Shown here: positions 8,089 to 14,914 of the stretch, piece after piece
Layout: each line of letters begins with the position of its first letter
Position numbering within the stretch: the first letter of the stretch is position 1
Assembly (NCBI GenBank): GCA_023129265.1
Contig: JAGMCJ010000194.1
Coordinates: 1 to 15,432, forward strand
DNA: 15,432 bases
Source: Thermoplasmata archaeon
Lineage (GTDB): Archaea; Thermoplasmatota; Thermoplasmata; RBG-16-68-12; JAGMCJ01
Reading direction: 5' to 3'
Position numbers and translations under genes: made by a program
The notes under the pieces: generated by a model
The model's database searches: none
What the model was told of the DNA's origin: nothing
The model's input: the letters and a program-made list of their open reading frames with translations, nothing else

Positions 8089-8246
8089 CTTTTGTCCGTC
8101 TGGACTGCGAAAATTCGACAGCCAGTCCACTGCCATTTTGTCCTTTGAGCCCACCGTTGGAAACAGCTCCGAGACCCAAATGTCCGGTGCACCGGGGTTT
8201 TCGATGTCATCGGAAGCCGTAAACGAGCTTTTTGGGGGCACATTAT

Positions 8247-8265
8247 CGAAAACTATAAATATAAA
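8247..8265 (+). promoter_or_regulatory. Candidate BRE/TATA promoter for the nfo-hxlB gene pair
   Basis: CGAAAACTATAAATATAAA about 50-65 nt upstream of ATG 8313, which has GGTGGAG immediately upstream. Confidence 0.6.
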
Positions 8266-8312
8266 TGCGCGCCAAATAGTAAGACCTTCGGGTTAATTAG
8301 TCTGGTGGAGTA

Positions 8313-9335
8313 ATGATACGTTTTGGTCCGGCGGGCATTCCCCTATCATGCAAAGGGAGAACCTTGCGAGATGGCATAGAGGATGTCCATAACCTGGGTT
8401 TGACGGCGATGGAGGTTCAGCTGGTCAGAGTAGGGCTCCTCGAACGACACCCCACTGAGGACGAGGTCGGTCTCGTGGCGAGGGACATACCGAACGCGCT
8501 GATAGTTGAGATCGTCAGAAGGCAGGGATCCAGGGAGCGGGTAATCGCCAATCTTGACGCCGAGATCAAGAAGGGGGACCTCCTCCGCATTCTGGCGTCA
8601 GGCATAGCGAAGGACTATCATGAGCTCGAGGAGCTCGGGAGGTTGTCTAGGGACCTGGACATTGAACTGAGCCTTCACACACCTTACTACATGGATCTCA
8701 TCGGCGTAGAGGAGATGCCAGAGAGGAGCGTGGACAGCGTCAAGTGGGGCGGCCTCCTTGCCAATGAGATGGGAGCAAAGGTCGTGGTGACCCATCTCGG
8801 TCTGTACGGTGACCTGACGAAGAGGCAAGCAAGCATAAGAGTCAGGAAGAACCTCGATTCGATTCTCAAATGGTTCAGGTCAAGGAAAATCAAGGCCAAA
8901 CTCGGACTGGAGTCCAGCGGAAGACAGGAGGTGTTCGGTAGCATGAAGGAGATCATCTCCCTCTGCGAGAAGTACAAAGGTGTCGTCCCTGTGCTCAACT
9001 TCTCACACGTACACTCACGGGAAGGGGGCACGCTGAGAGCCAATGAAGACTTCCAGAAGCTCTTCAACAAGTTCAAGAAGTACACGAAAGGACACTTCCA
9101 CACACATTTCTCCGGAGTGGAGCATGCGGGCGGGAATGAGCTACGATACACGCCGATCAAGAAGGGCGATCTCAGGTTCGAACCTCTCGCGGAGTGCATT
9201 CTGGACAACAACTACGACATCACACTGATCTCCGGTTCACCACTCCTGGAACATGACGCGATGTACATGAAGGTCATACTGGAGAGGGTCCTAGCCAGGA
9301 GAGTCGCGAAGTCCGCCAAAGGAGGAAAGAAATGA
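8313..9335 (+). CDS. nfo: Endonuclease IV-like (AP endonuclease family 2) TIM-barrel protein
   Basis: MIRFGPAGIPLSCKGRTLRDGIEDVHNLGLTAMEVQLVR...ELSLHTPYYMDL...VVTHLG...AKLGLESSGRQEVFG...NFSHVHSREGG...HFHTHFSGVE; conserved His/Glu metal-ligand blocks of the family. Confidence 0.85.
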   Translation: MIRFGPAGIPLSCKGRTLRDGIEDVHNLGLTAMEVQLVRVGLLERHPTEDEVGLVARDIPNALIVEIVRRQGSRERVIANLDAEIKKGDLLRILASGIAKDYHELEELGRLSRDLDIELSLHTPYYMDLIGVEEMPERSVDSVKWGGLLANEMGAKVVVTHLGLYGDLTKRQASIRVRKNLDSILKWFRSRKIKAKLGLESSGRQEVFGSMKEIISLCEKYKGVVPVLNFSHVHSREGGTLRANEDFQKLFNKFKKYTKGHFHTHFSGVEHAGGNELRYTPIKKGDLRFEPLAECILDNNYDITLISGSPLLEHDAMYMKVILERVLARRVAKSAKGGKK

Positions 9336-9883
9336 CCAGTAGGGCAACGGTGTCATCGCAATTTGTGGCAAAGAAGATAACCGAGATCCTCGCGAACGGG
9401 GATGAAAAGACAATCGAGGAGATCATCAAACTCCTGCTGAACTCCGACAAGGTGTTCATCTATGGTGCCGGCAGGTCCGGCCTGATAGGAAAGGCCTTCG
9501 CCATACGCCTGGTTCAGTTGGGCCTCAAGGTCTTCTTCATCGGTGAGACAACGACCCCAATCGTTGAAGACACTGATGTTGCGCTAATCATCTCGAACAC
9601 GGGCGAGACAATGTCTGCGATCCAGACGGCGAACATCATCAGGCGCGTGGGGGCAAAGGTGATAGTGATGACGAGCAGGAAGACTTCCAAGCTCGCACAC
9701 GCCGGTAACATAGTTGTCACTCTGAATCCGGAGCTAGATGATGAGGCCGTGGCTCTCGCCCCGCTTGGCACGCTTTTCGAGGATTCCACGCTCGTATACT
9801 TGGATGGAATCGTCGCGTATATCATGGAGAAGAGGAACGAGACGGAGTCCAAGATGAGAGGAAGGCACGCTATTTGGGTTTGA
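9332..9883 (+). CDS. hxlB: SIS-domain protein, probable 6-phospho-3-hexuloisomerase
   Basis: KVFIYGAGRSGLIGKAFAIRLVQLGLKVFFIGETTTPIVEDTDVALIISNTGETMSAIQTANIIRRVGAKVIVMTS...PLGTLFEDSTLVYLDGIVAYIM; SIS fold with PHI-type pattern; 4-nt ATGA overlap with the preceding gene. Confidence 0.88.
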   Translation: MTSRATVSSQFVAKKITEILANGDEKTIEEIIKLLLNSDKVFIYGAGRSGLIGKAFAIRLVQLGLKVFFIGETTTPIVEDTDVALIISNTGETMSAIQTANIIRRVGAKVIVMTSRKTSKLAHAGNIVVTLNPELDDEAVALAPLGTLFEDSTLVYLDGIVAYIMEKRNETESKMRGRHAIWV

Positions 9884-10508
9884 GCGGGAGCTTCTTCATC
9901 GGTCCGTATGGATTTTCGTACTCCTCCCAGTAGACCGCGAAAGGTGCGGGGACACATTTCTCCCCAGAGAGCGTAAAGGCCTCAATCTGCAGCTCCATTG
10001 GGTCCAGGACGATTGCGAAGTGGAACTCCTCCCGAAACATGCGCCGCTGCGTTCCGACGTCCTTGGGTGACATGAAGCAGGTGTAACCAGGGTGGGAGTG
10101 GTACCAACCGACAATAATGTAATCGAAATCCGCCTCGTCGAGGCGATCAAAGAGCGTTTCGAACCCGTTCCTGTCGAAACTCACGGAAACGCCTGATGCC
10201 TGGAGGTCCGTTGTAGCGACGTCCTTGACCACGGTGTAGGGTTTTGCTGAGTGAGCGAAGACATCACCGAGTAGCAGACCCAGGGCTTCCAGATTTTGCT
10301 TCCCGGAAGAGATGCTGTGATCCCTCATCTTTGCCTCGGCGGTCTTCGAAACGTACAAGGGAAGCGGCCCTGTTCCCGCGAACGCTTCCTCGACCTCTCT
10401 CCTCCTCTCCTCCTTGAGCCAGTAATGGGACCTGGAGCGCTCTTTCGGCGGTGGCGCCCTTTCCAAGATAGCTCTCTTCCTTTCACTCACAACGCGTGGG
10501 CGCTTCAT
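9870..10508 (-). CDS. JAMM/MPN+ metalloprotease, Rpn11-like isopeptidase (putative deconjugase)
   Basis: NLEALGLLLGDVF (conserved Glu) and GWYHSHPGYTCFMSPKD, which fits H-x-H-x7-S-x2-D exactly; directly downstream of the E2-like gene. Confidence 0.93.
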   Translation of the reverse strand: MKRPRVVSERKRAILERAPPPKERSRSHYWLKEERRREVEEAFAGTGPLPLYVSKTAEAKMRDHSISSGKQNLEALGLLLGDVFAHSAKPYTVVKDVATTDLQASGVSVSFDRNGFETLFDRLDEADFDYIIVGWYHSHPGYTCFMSPKDVGTQRRMFREEFHFAIVLDPMELQIEAFTLSGEKCVPAPFAVYWEEYENPYGPMKKLPLKPK

Positions 10509-10511
10509 GGA

Positions 10512-11030
10512 TCATCCCAAAACCCTTGGCTTCTTCCCTGAACCCTCCATCACATTCGGCGGGCTGTAGCCGTGAGTGTTGAAGTACTGTGCGGCACGCG
10601 TACACGAATCACTGCCGAAGGGGTTCGCAGGGTTAGGACTGGTAAGCAGCGTTTCGATTCCTTTGACGAACGTGAGCAGGGTCGAGCTGAAACTCCAGTC
10701 ATCCAAGAGCTTCGTGCAGACGTATCCGCCATCATCAGGAAGCATGATGTTGGGATGGAATATGTCCGACCTCCATTTGACGATGGGTTTCTCGTACGGA
10801 TACTCTTCAGTTATCAGAATCGACAGCTTGTGCGTATATCGATGCCTTATCGTGTCATCCTTCCAGATGGGTCCAGGGGTCTTCACGAGAGTGACGTTGA
10901 CTTCCATGGGAAAGGACTGAAGCGTCGGATCAGAGACCGAAACGGCGTGCCTGAGATTCCTTTGACACAGCAGAACTTCGTTCCTCACGCGGAACCTCAA
11001 GATGTCCTTCGGCAGCCCCATGAGCCGCAC
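10512..11030 (-). CDS. E2 ubiquitin-conjugating-like enzyme (UBC fold)
   Basis: MEVNVTLVKTPGPIWKDD...HKLSILITEEYPYEKPIVKWRSDIFHPNIMLPDDGGYVCTKLLDDWSFSSTLLTFVKGIETLLTSPNPANPF: YP..KP, HPNI, catalytic Cys in GGYVC and the WS...PNP..P block. The start could be GTG 11030 or ATG 11021 (AGGTG spaced 6 nt upstream). Confidence 0.93.
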   Translation of the reverse strand: MRLMGLPKDILRFRVRNEVLLCQRNLRHAVSVSDPTLQSFPMEVNVTLVKTPGPIWKDDTIRHRYTHKLSILITEEYPYEKPIVKWRSDIFHPNIMLPDDGGYVCTKLLDDWSFSSTLLTFVKGIETLLTSPNPANPFGSDSCTRAAQYFNTHGYSPPNVMEGSGKKPRVLG

Positions 11031-11276
11031 CTAGCCGCCCTCGGGGTCAGGTATCAGCTCGACCACGTCTCCCTCGCGGACCTCCGCTTCCACGATTGTA
11101 GACTGCCCGCGCAGAACTGCCTTGCCGCGACGGAGGACATAGGCACCTGGAGAGACCTCCCAGTAGCTGGCCGCGCTCTCGATTATCTCTTCCACAGTAT
11201 TCTCGGCCTCCAACTCCATCTCGACCGAGGACCCTGTTTCCGCGTTCTTCACTGTGATTCTCGTTGTCACAATCAC
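11031..11276 (-). CDS. Ubiquitin-like beta-grasp protein with C-terminal Gly-Gly
   Basis: ITVKNAETGSSVEMELEAENTVEEIIESAASYWEVSPGAYVLRRGKAVLRGQSTIVEAEVREGDVVELIPDPEGG-stop, a ubiquitin-like ITVK..TG...E.E...TVEEI pattern. The second GTG at 11270 (GGGGGAG spaced 5 nt) is the more likely start, giving 79 aa. Confidence 0.88.
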   Translation of the reverse strand: MIVTTRITVKNAETGSSVEMELEAENTVEEIIESAASYWEVSPGAYVLRRGKAVLRGQSTIVEAEVREGDVVELIPDPEGG

Positions 11277-11304
11277 TCCCCCGTACTGTTATTGACAGAG
11301 GCGT

Positions 11305-11320
11305 TCTTAAAGGTTTTCGG
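11305..11320 (-). promoter_or_regulatory. Weak candidate internal promoter for the Ubl-E2-JAMM genes
   Basis: Minus strand CGAAAACCTTTAAGAA in the roughly 55-nt gap between the E1-like and Ubl genes; spacing would put a TSS just upstream of the Ubl Shine-Dalgarno. Confidence 0.3.
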
Positions 11321-11331
11321 AACTGACACAT

Positions 11332-12123
11332 CTAGCGTTCGACGTGATGAGGGCAATCCGGGTTCTTTGAGATCTCGAGGGTCTCTGAGACGTTTCTTAG
11401 GCCGTCGTAATAGAAGACATTGGACAAGACAGTCTCCGCTCTCCCAGACGCGATCTTGAGGGCCTCTCTCACCTGGACCGCCGAGACTATGCTCGTTGTC
11501 GTAATCTCTGCGGCGACCTTGGGCTCGTAGAACGTCACATCTTCGCCGGTGCAGCTGAACCTGAGTTCCATGATTTTCGAGTGTGTCTTGTTCATTCCGC
11601 ACTGAAGACAGGCCGTTTCCGGTGGAAGGACGACTTGCACCTTTCCAATCAGCCCGTCCATCGCTCCATCGATGTAGGGGATGCCTTCGTTGTAGCAGTG
11701 AGCGTTCAGGTGGAGTCTTGTGGCCACGTTGTCCAGGCAGCCAAGGACCATCGAATGGGAGGGGATGAAATCCTCAGGCAAATCCTGGATTCTGTCCGTG
11801 TAAGATGTGATCTTGACCGCAGGGTCGAGTTCCATCGCTCTTCCTGCAACGACTTCGGCCTTGAGCCGCCTCGCTTCGGAATCCTCCTCCCGGAAGAATA
11901 CGCACCGGGTCAGATTGGACTTGGCAACATGGTCCATATCGACAAGACTAATCTCCGCGAAGCCCGCCAGAACCATGTCCTTGACGACTTCGTTGCCAAG
12001 AGCGCCTGCTCCGACGACGAGAACTCGAGCCGTTCTGACCGCGTCCATGTCTATCCATGGGATTCTTCTCATTCTCTCGTGTCTGTCCCGCTCGACAAAA
12101 TCAGCATCGATGGACTCCCCCAT
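11332..12123 (-). CDS. E1-like (ThiF/MoeB/UBA superfamily) Ubl-activating enzyme
   Basis: RVLVVGAGALGNEVVKDMVLAGFAEISLVDMDHVAKSNLTRCVFF (GxGxxG, D, NLxR), CLDNVATRLHLN, GKVQVVLPPETACLQCGM (CxxC), putative catalytic Cys-Thr in ELRFSCTGED, and NPDCPHH near the C-terminus. Confidence 0.93.
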   Translation of the reverse strand: MGESIDADFVERDRHERMRRIPWIDMDAVRTARVLVVGAGALGNEVVKDMVLAGFAEISLVDMDHVAKSNLTRCVFFREEDSEARRLKAEVVAGRAMELDPAVKITSYTDRIQDLPEDFIPSHSMVLGCLDNVATRLHLNAHCYNEGIPYIDGAMDGLIGKVQVVLPPETACLQCGMNKTHSKIMELRFSCTGEDVTFYEPKVAAEITTTSIVSAVQVREALKIASGRAETVLSNVFYYDGLRNVSETLEISKNPDCPHHVER

Positions 12124-12143
12124 ACTGCCAGGAAGGATTCGGA

Positions 12144-12159
12144 GATATTAATCCTTTTC
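12144..12159 (-). promoter_or_regulatory. Candidate promoter for the E1-Ubl-E2-JAMM cluster
   Basis: Minus strand GAAAAGGATTAATATC. The TATA-like centre is about 25-27 nt from ATG 12123 and no strong Shine-Dalgarno is visible, so the E1 mRNA may be essentially leaderless. Confidence 0.45.
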
Positions 12160-12233
12160 ACACCTGGAAGAACCGTGGGAGAAAGTGAGAGAGAAACGTT
12201 ATTATGATATTGCCTCATTCAGAGACGACTCGT

Positions 12234-13352
12234 ATGCCAGAGGATTTCATTGTCACGCCATGGGAGGTCAAAGGCGAGATCGACTACGACAAGCTAGTGG
12301 AAAGGTTCGGGACCCAATTGGTCTCCCAGGAGATTCTGGACAGATTGGAGAAGCATGCCTCCCCCCTGCACCACCTCTTGAGGAGGGGGATTTTCTATTC
12401 GCATCGCGACTTCAATCGAGTCTTGGATGACTACGAGAAGGGCAACGGTTTCTTCCTGTACACGGGTCGCGGTCCCTCGGGCCACAACCATCTGGGCCAT
12501 ATGCTGCCGTGGATTCTCACGAAATGGCTTCAGGACCACTTCAAGGTCAAGTTCTACTTCCAGCTGACGGACGATGAGAAGTTCATGTTCAACGATGGCC
12601 TCACGAAGGAGGATACTAAGAAGTATGCTTACGAGAATATGCTGGATGTCATTGCTTTGGGATTCGACCCCAAGCTGACGAGGATATTCCTGGATACGGA
12701 GCTGATTCACACGCTCTATCCGATTGCCATTGACATTGCCAGGAAAATCAACTTCTCGAAGGTCCGCGCGGTCTTCGGCTTCAACAGCAGCCACAACATC
12801 GGAAGCATCTTCTACACGAGCATGCAGGCGGTTCCCTGTTTTCTCGAATCGGTGCTCGAGGGCAGGAACATCGCTTGTCTGATTCCCTGCGGAATAGACC
12901 AGGACCCTCATTTCAGGATTGCCCGAGATGTCGCTCCCTTGCTCGGGTACTACAAGCCAGCACTCCTGCACAACAAGCTGCTCCCGAGCCTGGCGGGGGG
13001 AGACAAGATGTCCGCCTCGCTTCCCCACACGAGCGTGTTCACAACGGACAAGCCTGATGACGTGAGGAAGAAGATAGTCAACGCCTTCACGGGCGGGCGG
13101 GTCTCCGTTGATGAGCAGAGGAAACTGGGAGCCAATCCAGACATCTGCACGGTCTATCACTACTACATGTACTTCTTCATGCCGGAGGATGATGAGCTGA
13201 GAGACATCTATCTCAAATGCAAGGGCGGTGAGATCCTCTGCGGGGAATGCAAACAGATACTCATCGAAAAGATCAACGAGTTCTTGAGGGAACACCAGGA
13301 AAAGCGTGAAGAAGCCAAGGACAGGATCGAGGAATTCATATTCCGGGACTGA
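12234..13352 (+). CDS. trpS: Tryptophanyl-tRNA synthetase (archaeal/eukaryotic type)
   Basis: MPEDFIVTPWEVKGEIDYDKLVERFGT...FFLYTGRGPSGHNHLGHMLPW...FQLTDDEKFMF...AVFGFNSSHNIGSIFYTSMQAVPCF...CGIDQDPHFRIARD...GGDKMSAS. The track start is 12204; ATG 12234 fits the family N-terminus better. Confidence 0.96.
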   Translation: MPEDFIVTPWEVKGEIDYDKLVERFGTQLVSQEILDRLEKHASPLHHLLRRGIFYSHRDFNRVLDDYEKGNGFFLYTGRGPSGHNHLGHMLPWILTKWLQDHFKVKFYFQLTDDEKFMFNDGLTKEDTKKYAYENMLDVIALGFDPKLTRIFLDTELIHTLYPIAIDIARKINFSKVRAVFGFNSSHNIGSIFYTSMQAVPCFLESVLEGRNIACLIPCGIDQDPHFRIARDVAPLLGYYKPALLHNKLLPSLAGGDKMSASLPHTSVFTTDKPDDVRKKIVNAFTGGRVSVDEQRKLGANPDICTVYHYYMYFFMPEDDELRDIYLKCKGGEILCGECKQILIEKINEFLREHQEKREEAKDRIEEFIFRD

Positions 13353-13378
13353 AAAGAATAAATCGCAAGTGACCTTTC

Positions 13379-14914
13379 GTGATTGTGATGGATGTCGACG
13401 ACCTGATGGACGAGCTGAGCCTCCTCGAGAAGAGAGTCCTCCTCGCGTTCGGAGATGCCAGCTCGGCTGCTCCGGAGGAGCTTCTGAAGCGCGGAGGGTT
13501 CGCGGAGCTCGTCGAGGTCATGAACGCCTCCTCCTGGCTCCAATCCAAGGGACTCGTCACGATGAAGGAGAAGGTCGTCAGCTACTACTCTCTGGCCAAG
13601 AAGCAGTGGGCGACGAAGAACCTTCCCGAGAGAAGAGCGCTGAAGGCTCTGAGAAAAGCCAGGGGAAGGGTAGACCTCGGAACACTTCAGAAGATGGCAC
13701 GGCTCTCGCCGAAGGAGGTCAAGATCGCCATCGGATGGATGAAGAGAAAGGTATGGGCGACGATAGAGAAGGAAGACGGTGGCACCGTTCTGGTCATCAC
13801 CGAACAAGGAAAGAAGGCGGTCACCGAGAAGGGCAAGGACGAGGAACTCATTCGACGCCTCTCAGAGGGAGAGCTGTCCGAGAGCGACGTGGACCCCGCA
13901 ACAATCGGAATGCTGCTGAGAAGGCAGGATGTGGTCAGGGAAAGGGAAAGGGTCCTCCGCGAGGTCTCGCTCACGAACCTGGGAAAGGAGTGCATTCGAA
14001 AGGGTGTCAAAATAGGCGAGGAGGTCGCACAGCTGACCCCAGAGCTGTTGCAGACAGGGAAGTGGAAGGAGGTCAGCTTCAGGAAGTACGACATAGATGC
14101 CTTTGCCCCACCTGTCTTTGGCGGGAAGAAGCATCCCCTCGTTGAGTACATCAGAAAGGTCAAGCGAATCTTTGCGGAGATGGGCTTCGAGGAGATCGAG
14201 GGCGACTTCGTCGAGCTCTCTTTTTGGGACTTCGATGCGCTCTTCCAGCCTCAGGACCATCCCGCACGGGACATGCAGGACACGTTCTACCTGTCAGACC
14301 CAAAGACGCTGCCCCTTCCTCCGGAGGAGCTGGTCCAGAGAATCAAGGAGATGCACGAATCTGGCGGGGATACTGCCTCCGACGGCTGGAAGTACGACTG
14401 GGATGTCGACGAGGCGAAGAAGGCGATATTGAGGACTCACACAACGGTGAACACGCTCAGATATCTGTCGGAACACCCCGACCCGCCCGTCAAGGTCTTC
14501 TCTGTCGGCAGGGTTTTCAGGCGGGAGGCGATGGATCCGAAGCATCTTCCCGAGTTCATTCAGGTCGAAGGAATCGTGATGGAGGAGGGGGCCAATCTCG
14601 CCATGCTCATCGGTGTGTTGAAGGAGTTCTACAGGAGAATCGGATACGACAAAATCAACATCAGACCCGGCTATTTCCCATACACAGAGCCTAGCCTTGA
14701 GGTGGAGATGTACTTGGACGGAAAGTGGGTCGAGCTCGGCGGTGCCGGGATATTCAGGCCAGAAGTCACCAATCCGTTCGGCGTGAAACATCCTGTCCTT
14801 GCCTGGGGACTCGGCCTCGAGAGGCTGGTCATGGCCCTCACGAACACGACAGACATGCGAACTATATACGTGAGTGACATAGAATGGCTGAAGAAAGCCA
14901 AACCCATATTCTGA
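13379..14914 (+). CDS. pheS: Phenylalanyl-tRNA synthetase alpha subunit
   Basis: N-terminal winged-helix region and HPLVEYIRKVKRIFAEMGFEEIEGDFVELSFWDFDALFQPQDHPARDMQDTFYL...RTHTTVNTLRYL...FSVGRVFRREAMDPKHLPEFIQVEG...GLGLERLVMA. The start could be ATG 13388. Confidence 0.96.
   Translation: MIVMDVDDLMDELSLLEKRVLLAFGDASSAAPEELLKRGGFAELVEVMNASSWLQSKGLVTMKEKVVSYYSLAKKQWATKNLPERRALKALRKARGRVDLGTLQKMARLSPKEVKIAIGWMKRKVWATIEKEDGGTVLVITEQGKKAVTEKGKDEELIRRLSEGELSESDVDPATIGMLLRRQDVVRERERVLREVSLTNLGKECIRKGVKIGEEVAQLTPELLQTGKWKEVSFRKYDIDAFAPPVFGGKKHPLVEYIRKVKRIFAEMGFEEIEGDFVELSFWDFDALFQPQDHPARDMQDTFYLSDPKTLPLPPEELVQRIKEMHESGGDTASDGWKYDWDVDEAKKAILRTHTTVNTLRYLSEHPDPPVKVFSVGRVFRREAMDPKHLPEFIQVEGIVMEEGANLAMLIGVLKEFYRRIGYDKINIRPGYFPYTEPSLEVEMYLDGKWVELGGAGIFRPEVTNPFGVKHPVLAWGLGLERLVMALTNTTDMRTIYVSDIEWLKKAKPIF

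Noticed and set aside
8101-8312. Possible CRISPR, mobile element or extra tRNA in the longer spacer
   Set aside because: No direct repeats, no transposase-like ORF and no cloverleaf found by eye; only short palindromes reported separately.
10572-11459. 295-aa plus-strand ORF spanning the E2 and Ubl genes
   Set aside because: Antisense to the E2 and Ubl reading frames, which have clear catalytic motifs and Shine-Dalgarno spacing.
9870-12123. Interpretation as a molybdopterin/thiamine (MoaD/MoeB or ThiS/ThiF) sulfur-carrier operon
   Set aside because: The presence of an E2-like enzyme with HPN and Cys motifs between the Ubl and JAMM genes is not explained by sulfur-carrier pathways; kept only as the alternative hypothesis to test.
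9870-12123. Calling the cluster an anti-phage defence system
   Set aside because: The gene content resembles Bil, but the neighbourhood is housekeeping (trpS, hxlB) with no mobile-element or defence genes; defence function is unsupported from sequence alone.
12294-13295. 333-aa minus-strand ORF antisense to trpS
   Set aside because: The plus strand encodes an unmistakable TrpRS (KMSAS and HxGH-like motifs); the antisense product is repetitive charged residues with no family signal.
13306-14145. 279-aa plus-strand ORF overlapping pheS in another frame
   Set aside because: Arg/Gly/Glu-rich alternate-frame translation of pheS with no motif support.
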